Positions 10,111 to 20,900 of a stretch of 32,000 bases of DNA are shown one piece after another (the first letter of the stretch is position 1; each line of letters begins with the position of its first letter). The position numbers and the translations under genes are program-made. This stretch comes from Archaeoglobus fulgidus DSM 4304 (GTDB lineage Archaea; Halobacteriota; Archaeoglobi; Archaeoglobales; Archaeoglobaceae). A model generated the notes under the pieces. The model was not told the origin of the DNA and ran no database searches. It saw nothing but the letters and a program-made list of their open reading frames with translations. The DNA lies in the NCBI RefSeq assembly GCF_000008665.1, contig NC_000917.1, positions 30,001 through 62,000 of the forward strand. Direction: 5' to 3'.

Positions 10111-11196
10111 ATGGAAATAGTATTCGTTTACGACGCTGTTTACCCGTGGACAAAGGGAGGAGTTGAGAGGAGACTTCACGAAGTTGGGAGGAGATTGTCT
10201 AACGAGCACAACGTCAAATGGCTTTGCGTCGGATGGTGGGGAAAGGAGAAAAGAATTCAAGAAGGTGTGGAGTTGATTCCGGTTTGTAAGGCTCAGCAGT
10301 TGTATTCGAGGGGAAGAAGAACGATCAGAGAAGCTATGATCTTCGCAGCGAGTTTGCTTAAAAAATCAAGGATCAAAGCAGACGTTATAGACTGCCAGGT
10401 CTTTCCTTATCTTTCAGTCTTTCCATTTGCAACTAGAAAAGAGCTCGTCCTTACCTGGCACGAGTTCTGGGGGGATTACTGGTACGAGTACCTTGGCAAA
10501 GCCGGGTTTTTCGGAAAGGCTGTTGAAAGGATCGTTGCTAAGCTTAAGGCAAGAACTATCGCTGTCTCCGAGACTACGAGAAAGGCTTTGGAGAGCTTAG
10601 GAATAAGGGCTACGGTAATACCGAACGGCGTCGATTTTCCAAGGATTTCAGAAATCCCAGCCTCTTCCGAGGAGTGGGACGTGATCTTCGTAGGAAGGCT
10701 CATAAGGGAGAAAAACCTCGAACTCCTGTTCGATGCGATGAAACTCCTCCCAGAGCTCAATTGCCTCGTAGTTGGGGACGGTCCTGAGAGAGAAAGGCTT
10801 TCAAAGATCGCCCCAGCAAACGTCGATTTCGGAGGCTCTCTGGGCTACGAGGAGGTGATATCGATGATGAAGAGCTCAAAGGTCTTCGCGATTCCTTCGA
10901 GGAGAGAAGGTTTTGGCATCTCCGCTCTCGAGGCGAACGCCTGCGGATTGCCAGTGGTAACGATTAGACATCAAATGAACGCCGTTGTTGAAATCGCGGA
11001 GAAAACTGGGTTCGTCGCAGAGCCACATGCAAGGGACTTTGCAGAAAAGATAAGGCTCGCATTGGAGATGCGTAGAGAGATGAGGGAGAAATGTATAAAT
11101 TTCGCAAAGAACTTCGACTGGGAGGTGATAGCCAGAAGGCTGGAGGAATTTTATGAAGGTGTCCATAGTCCTCCCAACGAAGGACGAGCAGAATAG
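10111..11196 (+). CDS. Glycosyltransferase family 4
   Basis: FVYDAVYPWTKGGVERRLHEVGRRLSNEHNV... VIPNGVDFPRI... EWDVIFVGRLIREKNLELLFDAMKLLPELNCLVVGDGPERERL... FAIPSRREGFGISALEANACGLPVVT. Confidence 0.92.
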   Translation: MEIVFVYDAVYPWTKGGVERRLHEVGRRLSNEHNVKWLCVGWWGKEKRIQEGVELIPVCKAQQLYSRGRRTIREAMIFAASLLKKSRIKADVIDCQVFPYLSVFPFATRKELVLTWHEFWGDYWYEYLGKAGFFGKAVERIVAKLKARTIAVSETTRKALESLGIRATVIPNGVDFPRISEIPASSEEWDVIFVGRLIREKNLELLFDAMKLLPELNCLVVGDGPERERLSKIAPANVDFGGSLGYEEVISMMKSSKVFAIPSRREGFGISALEANACGLPVVTIRHQMNAVVEIAEKTGFVAEPHARDFAEKIRLALEMRREMREKCINFAKNFDWEVIARRLEEFYEGVHSPPNEGRAE

Positions 11197-12262
11197 CATT
11201 GAAAAAGTCGTGAGAGACTGTCTTTCTCTCGGATTTGAGAAGGAGATAATCGTTGTCGACGACTCCGCAGACAGAACTCCTGAGATAGCCGAGAAGCTTG
11301 GATGCAAGGTAATAAGAGGTGTAAAAGGGTACGGAAGAGCCTTTTTGGAGGGGTTTAGACATTCGAGCGGAGATATCATCGTGATGCTCGATGCTGACGG
11401 TAGCTACGATGCGCTGGAAATTCCAAGGCTGATCGAGCCGATTGTTAAAGGAGAAGCTGACCTCGTAATAGGGAGCAGGTTCAAGGGGAAGATAATGCCA
11501 AAGGCTATGCCGTGGCATCACAGATACGTGGGCAACCCAGTTCTGACGAAGCTTACGAATCTTCTATTCAAAACAAAGCTTAGCGATGTCCACAGCGGGA
11601 TGAGGGCTTTGAGGAAAGATGCACTTGCGAAGATCGATCCGGTTTGCCCAGGGATGGAATTCGCAACCGAGCTCGTTTTGAAAGCTGCAATTAAAGGTCT
11701 CAGGATCGTGGAGGTTCCAATCACTTACCATCCGAGAATCGGTTTCAGCAAGCTGAGGAGCTTCAGGGACGGGTGGAGACATCTTAGACTTGTCTTGGCA
11801 GCTTCGCCGATATACCTTTTTCTTTTACCCTCTATAATCCTAATCCTTTTGGGAATAGCAACGGCTCTATTTGTTATAGTTCTGCAACCAATAAGAACGC
11901 ACACTCTAATCTTTGGCTCAACTCTCCTCCTGCTTGGGATCCAGACCTTTTTCTTTGGAGTTTCTGGGAAGATATACCTGAGGCAGATAGGCTTCGGAGT
12001 CAGAGATTGGCTTACCGAAGCTTTCGGAAAATACTCCACAATGGAGAAACTCCTGTTTTTCGGACTCGCTCTCTTGATCCTCGGAACGTACTCTGGTTAC
12101 AGAGTCTTCGCCAGCTGGGTTGAGAGGGGATTCGGGTCGCTTGCCGAGTTCAACCAGGCTTTGGTCTCTTTGATCCTCATAGTCTCCGGATTCCAGATTG
12201 CGATCAGCAGCATTTTCCTCAGCATGTTTCTCCTGAAAGAAGAAAAAGATAATAATAAGTAA
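11153..12262 (+). CDS. Glycosyltransferase family 2 (polyprenyl-phosphate glycosyl synthase-like) with C-terminal transmembrane segments
   Basis: MKVSIVLPTKDEQNSIEKVVRDC... IIVMLDADGSYDALEIPRL... DLVIGSRFKG..., SDVHSGMRALRKDAL, then several hydrophobic segments. Confidence 0.92.
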   Translation: MKVSIVLPTKDEQNSIEKVVRDCLSLGFEKEIIVVDDSADRTPEIAEKLGCKVIRGVKGYGRAFLEGFRHSSGDIIVMLDADGSYDALEIPRLIEPIVKGEADLVIGSRFKGKIMPKAMPWHHRYVGNPVLTKLTNLLFKTKLSDVHSGMRALRKDALAKIDPVCPGMEFATELVLKAAIKGLRIVEVPITYHPRIGFSKLRSFRDGWRHLRLVLAASPIYLFLLPSIILILLGIATALFVIVLQPIRTHTLIFGSTLLLLGIQTFFFGVSGKIYLRQIGFGVRDWLTEAFGKYSTMEKLLFFGLALLILGTYSGYRVFASWVERGFGSLAEFNQALVSLILIVSGFQIAISSIFLSMFLLKEEKDNNK

Positions 12263-12277
12263 GTGACACCCGTAGGC

Positions 12278-14044
12278 ATGGATAGGAAGTCGCTCTCTCT
12301 CCTAATTCTGATAGTTCTCCTCGGTCTCTGCATAAGGCTTCAGAACTTCGGAGAGATATTCGACTCGAGAATTTACTACTACGGATACGACCCCTACTAC
12401 CACATGAGGCTCGTGGAGGCGATCGTTCTGGAGGGCTACCGCCCCTCTTTTGATTACTACATAAACTATCCATACGGTCTCAGAATAGACTGGCTCCCCC
12501 TCTTCGACTACATTCTGGCTTTCCCTGGACTATTTCTCGGTTTCTGGGCATCGGAAATTTTCGCGGTCGTTTTTCCGGTGATCATAGGAGTCCTTTGTAT
12601 AGTCCTGGTCTACCTTATCTCCCTCGAAGTTCTCAGGAACGAGAAGTTCGCGCTGATTTCTGCCTTCATATTCTCAGTCTGCCCAGTGACAGTTTGGAAG
12701 AGCCTGCTCGGAAAAGCTGACCACCACATCTGGGTCGTCTTCCTTCTTCTGCTGTCGATCTGGTTGGTAACGAAGCCTGGACTTTTAAAGCTACTTTCCG
12801 GTATTCCGATGCTCCTTATGGCTCTTTCCTGGCTCGGGGCTCCGATATACGCAGCCCTGCTCGCAGTATCTTCGCTTTTTCAATTCAACGAGAAGGAGGT
12901 CAGAATCGTGGGTATCTCGAATCTGATTCCAGTACTTTCATCGATTCAGAATCTCTTCCTCGGATTCTCTTTTCTCGCGATAGCAGTATTTTTACTGGTC
13001 GGCAGCTTTGTAAAGAGGTTTGAGAGAAGGTTCAGGTATGCGATCGTTTACTACCTTTGCATCTGTTCGGTCGCTTTGCTCTCAGCCTACCTCATGCCCG
13101 TGGGTTGGCTGGGCTTCGTGAAGAGCGGAATCAGTTATGTGCTCGGCACAGACATTTATCTGCCGACAATTCGGGAAGCGAGGTCCTTCCAGATTCTCGG
13201 AGTTATCTCGAGCGCTGGATATCTTTTCTTCGTTCTCGCAATCCCTGCACTATTCATGCTCAGAAACGGATTCCTAAAGGTCTTCTTCGTTCTATCCTTT
13301 CTCATTTCGATTCTTCAGCTGAGATTTGTCGAGGTTCTTGCGTTTCCAGTAGCGATTCTTGCGTCTTATACGATTTGCCAGATTTTGGAAAGAGTTGATT
13401 ATCCTGTTTTCCGGAAAGAAGAAGAGGGGGAAAGTAAAAGAAGGGGAAGAAAAGAGAAAAAGAAAGCAGTTGAAATTAGGAAGAAAGATCACGCGACCGT
13501 GATTGCTTTTTTACTCTTTTTAGCCTTGCCTTGCTTCGCCAACTCCTTGGCTCCGGTGGAAATGACTATGGACTGGAAAGAGGCTCTGAACTGGATGAAA
13601 GAGAATCTGGAAGCACAGGATTATCTCAAAGCTTACGAAAAGCCAGATTACGCTGTGCTGAGCTGGTGGGATTATGGGAACTGGATTCTCTACGTTGCCA
13701 AAAAGGCTGTCGTCTGCAACAACTTCCAGGCTGGAGCTGATGATGCTGCGAAGTTCTTCACAGCACAGAGCGAAGAAGAGGCGATGAAGATCGTTGAGAA
13801 AAGAAAAGTTAGATACGTCGTTACTGTAGAGGAGCTGACTGTGAAGCCGGAAACTAACAAGACGAAATTCATCCCGATAATGCAGATCGCTGGCTACAGT
13901 CCAGAGTACATGAAAAATAAGGAAATAATTGATTTCTTCAACAAAACCATGCTTTACAAGCTCCACGTCGAGAACGCAACCAATTTGACGCACTTCAGGC
14001 TCCTGAAAAATTTCGGAACTGTGAAAATCTTTGAAGTTAAGTGA
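12278..14044 (+). CDS. aglB: AglB/STT3-type archaeal oligosaccharyltransferase, short C-terminal domain
   Basis: GYDPYYHMRLVEAIVLEG, GKADHHIWVVFLLLLSIW, and the hallmark SWWDYGNWILYVAKKAVVCNNFQAG. ATG 12278 is preferred over GTG 12263. Confidence 0.92.
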   Translation: MDRKSLSLLILIVLLGLCIRLQNFGEIFDSRIYYYGYDPYYHMRLVEAIVLEGYRPSFDYYINYPYGLRIDWLPLFDYILAFPGLFLGFWASEIFAVVFPVIIGVLCIVLVYLISLEVLRNEKFALISAFIFSVCPVTVWKSLLGKADHHIWVVFLLLLSIWLVTKPGLLKLLSGIPMLLMALSWLGAPIYAALLAVSSLFQFNEKEVRIVGISNLIPVLSSIQNLFLGFSFLAIAVFLLVGSFVKRFERRFRYAIVYYLCICSVALLSAYLMPVGWLGFVKSGISYVLGTDIYLPTIREARSFQILGVISSAGYLFFVLAIPALFMLRNGFLKVFFVLSFLISILQLRFVEVLAFPVAILASYTICQILERVDYPVFRKEEEGESKRRGRKEKKKAVEIRKKDHATVIAFLLFLALPCFANSLAPVEMTMDWKEALNWMKENLEAQDYLKAYEKPDYAVLSWWDYGNWILYVAKKAVVCNNFQAGADDAAKFFTAQSEEEAMKIVEKRKVRYVVTVEELTVKPETNKTKFIPIMQIAGYSPEYMKNKEIIDFFNKTMLYKLHVENATNLTHFRLLKNFGTVKIFEVK

Positions 14045-14092
14045 TTCCTTGAAGTTCTCTCTTTAAATGCTCAACAGCCCTCTTTTGCGGTT

Positions 14093-14806
14093 TTAAAGAT
14101 AGCCCTCAAGTACTTTTCCAGGTTCACCTATAGCTTTTACAGTTCCAGCCTCGATCAACATGACTCTATCGCACAACTCCAGTAAAGTATTTGGAGAATG
14201 GGAAACGAGGACTATCGTGGTTCCATTCTGTTTTAACTCCCTAATTCTGCCTATACACTTTCTTTGGAAATAGATATCACCGACGGCTAGAACTTCGTCG
14301 ATCAGGAGAATTTCAGGCTCAGTTGCTACTGCTGTTGCGAATGCTAGCCTTGCATACATACCAGATGAGTAGTTCTTGAGCTTCATGTTTTTGAACTTTT
14401 CAAGTTCTGCAAACCTGAAGATTTCTTCAATCTTACTTCTTATTTCCTCCTTACTCATACCCATAATGACTCCGTAAAGGTAAACGTTCTCCTTAGCCGT
14501 TAACTCTGGATTGAAGCCCACACCGAGCTCAAGAATTGGTGTGACCTTTCCAGAAACACTTAAACTACCAGTGTCAGGATAAAGAATTCCGGCAATTATC
14601 TTGAGGATCGTGGATTTGCCCGAGCCATTTGGTCCGAAGATTCCGAATGTTTCGCCTTTTTTTACTCTGAAGCTTACATCCCTGAGTGCCCAGAACTCTA
14701 CGAAATCTCTTTTACCTTTAAAAAATGCTGAGAGCTCTTCAAATAACGTAAACCTTTTCTCGCTTGGTATTCTGAACTTCTTCGATATCCCCTCAGCCTC
14801 TATCAT
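14093..14806 (-). CDS. Polysaccharide/teichoic-acid-type ABC exporter ATP-binding protein (Wzt/RfbB-like)
   Basis: Walker A GIFGPNGSGKSTILKIIAG, signature NYSSGMYARLAFATAVATEPEILLIDEVLAVGD; Wzt/TagH-type subfamily, no C-terminal carbohydrate-binding domain. Confidence 0.92.
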   Translation of the reverse strand: MIEAEGISKKFRIPSEKRFTLFEELSAFFKGKRDFVEFWALRDVSFRVKKGETFGIFGPNGSGKSTILKIIAGILYPDTGSLSVSGKVTPILELGVGFNPELTAKENVYLYGVIMGMSKEEIRSKIEEIFRFAELEKFKNMKLKNYSSGMYARLAFATAVATEPEILLIDEVLAVGDIYFQRKCIGRIRELKQNGTTIVLVSHSPNTLLELCDRVMLIEAGTVKAIGEPGKVLEGYL

Positions 14807-15567
14807 AGAACTTCACCAAATCTCTTCTGCATTCTTCTAAAAAACAACTGACCAGCAAAGGTGAGTGCAAGAGATATTAATAAAAAGTAAATAAATTTTT
14901 CCAGCAAAATTTGATTTTCCATCAAAATTCCACGGTAGATTTCAATGATGCAAGCAATTGGATTGAGCATGTACATTTCTCTGTAGCTTTCGGGGATCAT
15001 TGTGAGCGGATAGACTATTGGACTTGCAAAGAATATCACATTAGTTATGACCTCCCAGATCTGGTTTAAATCCCTGAAGTAAACCATCAGAGAGGAGAGA
15101 AATAAGTTTAGACCAAATATAAAAATTATGTAGACAAAATGAATAACTGGGAGGAAAAGGATCGTAAAACCGACATTTCCACCCAAAACGTGCACTATAG
15201 GGACGATTACGAGTATTTCAAGGAAGGAACTCATGCCGTAAGAAAGAGTCGTCGCGAGAGGTAAGAGTTCCCTATCGATGTTCGTTTTTGTAACTAGGTG
15301 AGACTTACCAACGATTGTGTGCATTCCAACAGACGTCGCCACCTGGAAAAATCTAAACACAAACACTCCTACCAAGACGTATGCGGCGAAATTCTCGACC
15401 CAAGAGAACATATTTCTGAAAACCAGAAACAAGACGAGTGCCAATAAAAAAGGAGCTAAGAGGCTCCAAATCAAACCTAGAGCCGTGCCTCGGTATCTCT
15501 GCTTAAACTCAAATTGAGTCATGGTGATTATGACATCTCTTTTTCTCAAATATCCGGACATACCCAT
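14803..15567 (-). CDS. Polysaccharide ABC exporter permease (Wzm/RfbA-like, ABC-2 type)
   Basis: FKQRYRGTALGLIWSLLAPFLLALVLFLVFRNMF...; overlaps the ATPase start by 4 nt (ATGA-type coupling). Confidence 0.92.
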   Translation of the reverse strand: MGMSGYLRKRDVIITMTQFEFKQRYRGTALGLIWSLLAPFLLALVLFLVFRNMFSWVENFAAYVLVGVFVFRFFQVATSVGMHTIVGKSHLVTKTNIDRELLPLATTLSYGMSSFLEILVIVPIVHVLGGNVGFTILFLPVIHFVYIIFIFGLNLFLSSLMVYFRDLNQIWEVITNVIFFASPIVYPLTMIPESYREMYMLNPIACIIEIYRGILMENQILLEKFIYFLLISLALTFAGQLFFRRMQKRFGEVL

Positions 15568-15630
15568 AGACTGAGCTCAATGTTTTTAAACTTAGAGCAA
15601 AATTTTTAATCAGCTTCGCTAAGGCAGGCT

Positions 15631-16722
15631 GTGAAAATTTGCGTTTTTCACGACTACTTCGGAGCAATTGGAGGTGGGGAGAAGGTTGCGCTGACAATCT
15701 CGAAGCTCTTCAACGCAGACGTAATCACAACCGACGTCGATGCAGTTCCAGAGGAGTTCAGGAACAAAGTTATCAGCTTGGGTGAGACGATAAAGCTGCC
15801 ACCTTTAAAGCAGATAGACGCTTCCCTTAAGTTCTACTTTTCTGACTTTCCAGATTACGACTTCTACATACTTTCTGGAAACTGGGTAATGTTCGCCTCG
15901 AAGAGGCACATTCCTAATCTCTTATACTGTTACACTCCTCCAAGAGCTTTTTACGATCTCTACGGAGATTACCTAAAAAAGAGAAATATTTTGACGAAGC
16001 CCGCTTTTATATTATGGGTAAAGTTTCACAGGAAATGGGCTGAGAGGATGCTAAAACACATAGATAAAGTCGTTTGCATCTCGCAAAACATAAAAAGCAG
16101 ATGCAAAAATTTTTGGGGAATCGATGCCGAAGTCATCTATCCGCCTGTGGAAACTTCGAAGTTTAAGTTCAAGTGCTACGGAGACTTTTGGCTTTCTGTA
16201 AACAGAATTTATCCAGAAAAAAGGATAGAATTGCAGCTTGAAGTTTTTAAAAAGTTGCAAGATGAGAAGCTTTACATCGTTGGCTGGTTCTCAAAGGGGG
16301 ATCATGCGGAGAGGTACGCGAGAAAGATTATGAAAATAGCTCCAGACAACGTTAAGTTTTTGGGAAGTGTCAGTGAAGAAGAGTTGATCGATCTATATTC
16401 TCGATGCAAGGGTTTGCTATGCACAGCTAAGGATGAGGATTTTGGACTTACACCTATTGAGGCAATGGCTTCTGGAAAGCCTGTAATCGCCGTAAACGAG
16501 GGTGGTTTTAAGGAGACTGTTATAAACGAAAAAACAGGATATCTCGTCAATGCAGATGTTAATGAGATAATTGATGCAATGAAAAAAGTTTCGAAAAATC
16601 CTGATAAATTTAAGAAAGACTGTTTTAGAAGGGCAAAGGAGTTTGACATTAGTATATTTAAAAACAAGATAAAAGATGCGATAAGAATCGTAAAGAAAAA
16701 TTTTAAAAACAACACATGCTAA
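15631..16722 (+). CDS. Glycosyltransferase family 4 (mannosyltransferase-like)
   Basis: [22 protein letters not shown]... [23 protein letters not shown]... [36 protein letters not shown]; start at GTG. Confidence 0.9.
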
Positions 16723-17969
16723 AAAACGGCATGAGGCTTGCTGAGGGTACAAGAGCTTTAATTACCGGCGTTACGGGGTTTGTCGGGTCTTACTTAGCTA
16801 AGCATTTAATAGAGTTAGGAGCAGAAGTTTATGGAATTGTGAGAAGAAGGGCGGATTGGTCCCCGCCCCAAAATCTCATAAACATGGGAATTCTTAATGA
16901 CCCTCATTTGCATTTGATTGAGGGGGACTTGTTGGATATTACCTGCCTTGCAAAAGCTTTGGATGTTGCCGAACCGGAAGTTATATTTCACCTCGGAGCG
17001 CAATCTTTTGTTCCCCAATCTTTCATAAATCCCGTGGAAACTATGCAGATAAACTGCATCGGCACGCTAAACTTACTCGAAACTGTTAGGATTAAGGATT
17101 CAGATGCGGTTATCGTTTTTGCAGGTTCGAGCGAGGAGTACGGGTTGGTTATTAGTTCTGAAAAGCAGTACGAGAGAATTAAGGCTTCCGGAAGAACAGT
17201 TTTTCCCGAACCCGAAAAAATTCCAGAATTGCCAATAAAAGAGACCAATCCACTCAGACCCATGTCTCCTTACGCCGTAAGCAAGGTCTATGGAGACCAC
17301 CTCTTCAGAAATTACTACCACAGCTACGGCCTAAAAACGATAGTTTCGAGGGCGTTTAACCACGAAGGTGCGGGAAGAGGGAAAATGTTTGTGACATCGA
17401 ACATAGCGCTACAAGTTATGAAATTAAAGTTCGGTGAAACTGACAAAATAAAAATAGGGAACGTCAACGCATTTAGAGACTAGAGCCACATCAACGATAT
17501 CGTCAAGGGCTACTGCCTCCTTGCGGAGAAGGGGAGGTACGGAGACGTTTACAACCAAGGTTCTACGAGAACGAACTCCGTTCTTAGCTACATTTTACTT
17601 GCACTCGAAATGGCGGGATACAGAATCGACAAAATAGAAACCTACAAAGGTGAGAAGGTTGTCAAGAACCCGAGCGAGATCGTCGAAGCTAAAATCTTCG
17701 GGGTTAAGTTCGAAGCAACAGTCGTTGACGAGCTGATGCTGAAAGACGAGCTGTCGTTTGAGCTGGAAGATAAAGGAATACTTGTCTTTACAGACAAAGG
17801 TAAGATTCCGGTAGAGTTCGACCCTAACAGATTCAGACCGGCAGAAGTTCCGATACTGCTCTCGGACACAACAAAAGCAAAGGAGATAGGCTTCAGGGTC
17901 AACCACAGCCTCAAGGACATAATCCGCGACCAGCTGAACTACTATTTAGATGCCAGAAGGAGAAAATGA
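16716..17969 (+). pseudogene. GDP-mannose 4,6-dehydratase-like SDR, interrupted by an in-frame TAG at 17481-17483
   Basis: RALITGVTGFVGSYLAKHLIELGAEVYGIVRR... FAGSSEEYG... MSPYAVSKVYGDHLFRNYY...GNVNAFRD[TAG]SHINDIVKGYCLLAEKGRYGDVYNQGSTRTNSVLSYILLALEMAG; same frame on both sides. The TAG sits where homologues carry Trp (RDWxHxxD). Confidence 0.85.
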
Positions 17970-20900
17970 AGATACTTATAGACCTTCAACCTGCTCAAGG
18001 TGAAAGCAGATTTCGCGGAATAGGGAGGTATTCGCTAAAAATTGCGGAAGAGATTGTTAAAATAAAGGGAGACGAAGTTTACATACTGCTTAACGACGCC
18101 TTTCCGAGAGAAGCTGTGAAGATTAAATACAGTCTGGGCTTGCCTGAAGGAAACTACCTTGTATTTTCTCCACTAAAAACAATTGCTTTTATCAATTCTC
18201 CAGAAAAATGGAGAGTCGAAGTATCCGAGCTTATTCGGGATCTGGCGATCGCAAGAGTTGAGCCAGATGTTGTTTTCGTTCCAAGCGTTTTTGAAGGCTT
18301 CGTCGACAATATACCGATTTCAATAAAAAAGTTTAGGAACGTGAATACAGCCGTGGTTCTCTACGACTTAATTCCCCTCATTTACCCCCATTTTTATCTC
18401 GCAGATAAAAAAATGAAGCATTGGTATTACTATAGGCTGAATCAGTTTAGAGCAGCTGATGCTTTCGTTGCAATTTCAGAGAGCTCAAAGAGGGAGGGGA
18501 TAGAATATCTGAACCTGAAAGAGGGAGACTTCTGCGTCGCTTATCCAGCACCGAGTGAGTCTTTTAGAGTTTTGGATGAACCCGATGAGCGTGTTCTTGA
18601 AAATTACGGCATCTCTAAAAGGTATTTGCTTTATGTGCCCGGTGGCTATGATTTCAGAAAAAACGTCGAAGCTTTGATATTGGCTTTCGGAAAGTTGCCG
18701 AAAGAAATTAAGGACAAATTACAGCTCGTGATAGCGAGTAAAATTGACGAATACAACGAGAGAAGGCTAAAAGAATTGGCGAGAAAAGTAGGAGCAAACG
18801 TCGTTTTGGCAGGTTATATTAGAGATGAAGACTTAAGCACCTTATACAATCTGTGCGAACTTTTTGTGCACCCCTCTCTACACGAGGGATTCGGATTGCC
18901 GGTTGTCGAAGCGATGGCTTGTGGGGCACCAGTTATAGGTTCAGACTCCTCAAGCATCGCAGAGATAATAAAAAGAAGTGATGCTTTATTTAATCCGAAA
19001 GACATTAATTCGATATCAAGTAAGATCTTGGAAGTTTTGGAGAACGATGAGTTTAGGGAGGAGCTGAGGAGATACGGGCTGAAGAGAGCGAAGGACTTTT
19101 CGTGGAGAGAAAGTGCGAAAAACATATTAAAATTCTTTAAAGAAAAATTCGGATACGGTAAATCTGTCGCTTATTTATTCAGAAAACCAAGAATGGCTTA
19201 TCTATCCCCGCTTCCCCCAGCTCAGAGCGGAATAAGCTATTACAGCTCCGAACTTTTGCCAGAGCTCTCCAAATACTACGAAGTAGAGCTAATCGTAAAC
19301 CAGAATGATGTCTCCGATGAGTATGTAAGAGCCAATTTTCCGATTAGGACGGTAGAATACTTCACCAAGAACTTCAGGAAATACGAGAGGGTTCTGTACC
19401 ATATGGGCAATTCCGAGTTTCATGCCCATATGTGGGAGCTTCTCGAATCATATCCTGGAGTAGTAGTCCTGCACGACTTCTTTTTAAGTAACTTTCTCTG
19501 GTGGGCTAGCCAAGGGAGGCGAGAGGTTTTAGAGAGAGAACTTTTCTTCTCACACGGCTTCAAGGGGCTGATCGATTTAAAGGAGAGTTTGGAAAAGGCT
19601 GTGTGGGAATATCCAATAAACCTCAGAATTCTGCAGAATGCTATCGGAATCATAGTCCATTCGGAACACAGCATAGAGTTAGCAAAAGAATTTTATGAGA
19701 CTGAGAAGGAAAAATTCAGCATAATTCCCCAGATGAGAAAGGTCGAAAAGATAAGAGATAAAAAGGTTGCAAAAAAAGAGTTCGGATACGAGGACGAGAC
19801 ATTTTTGATATGCAGTTTTGGGATAATAGTCAATACCAAAATGACAGAGCTAATTGTCGATGCTTTCTTGTCTTCTTCCTTGCCAGAGAAGGGCTGCGTT
19901 TTGGTCTTGGTTGGAAAGACTTTCGATGATGAATACGGAATTAGAGTCCTCGCGAAGGCGAAAAATAGCGGTGGAAAGGTCAAGGTTACTGGATGGGTTG
20001 ACGAAGAAACCTGGAAGAAATACCTAGAAGCTTGCGATTTAGCCGTTCAGCTCAGAACACTTTCGAGAGGTGAAGTATCGAGAGCGATTCTGGACTGCCT
20101 CGCATTCGGAATTCCGACAATAGCGAATGCTCACGGTTTTATCAAATATCTTCCAAACGAAGTAGTTTATAAGTTATCTGAGAATCCTTCCAAAGAAGAG
20201 TTAAGGGAAGCATTAGAGAGACTCCACGAAGATTCCTCGCTAAGGGATAGAATCTCAAAGAATGCACGGAAATACGTTGAAGAGAACTTAAATCCGAGAG
20301 AGATAGCTAAAAGATTCTATGAGGCGATTGAAAAGTTCTACAGCAGGGTGAACGATTCAGAAATCATTGAAAAGATCTCACAGATAGAGATACCCCGAAA
20401 TGAGAGGTTCTTTGATGAGATCTCAAAACATCTCGAGAAGACTTTTCCAGCATCGCCAAAACAAAGGAAAATTCTTGTCGACGTGAGCGAGATCGTTAAA
20501 GTAGATCGCCACACGGGTATTCAGAGAGTGGTAAAGTCGCTAATCAACGAGCTGTTGTCTATTGCGCCCAAAAAGATTAGGGTGGAACCAGTTTACTTCG
20601 ATGAAAATATTGGTATTTACCGATACGCGAGAAAGTGGGCTGGCAAAATTCTAAACCTTGATTACGAGTTTCTTGACGATGAGCTCGTTGACTTCAGAAA
20701 AGGAGACATTCTGTTATTGCTTGACTTTTACACCTATCAAAATCCCCACAAAAAAGGGATCTACTGGGAACTGAAAGCCTCCGGTGTAAAGATCGTTTCT
20801 GTGGTTTACGATATACTCCCTCTAAAGAGACCCAAATGGTTTATTGATGGTATGAATGAATGGTTCCGGGAATACATAGAGACCTTAGCGGAAATATCGG

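Noticed and set aside
11518-12039. Antisense ORFs opposite the GT2 gene, also 10964-11521 and 10876-11379
   Set aside because: Translations show no motifs and sit opposite well-supported glycosyltransferases.
17610-17969. Treating this ORF as an independent gene
   Set aside because: It is in the same frame as 16716-17483 and continues the dehydratase C-terminus; the split is due only to the TAG.
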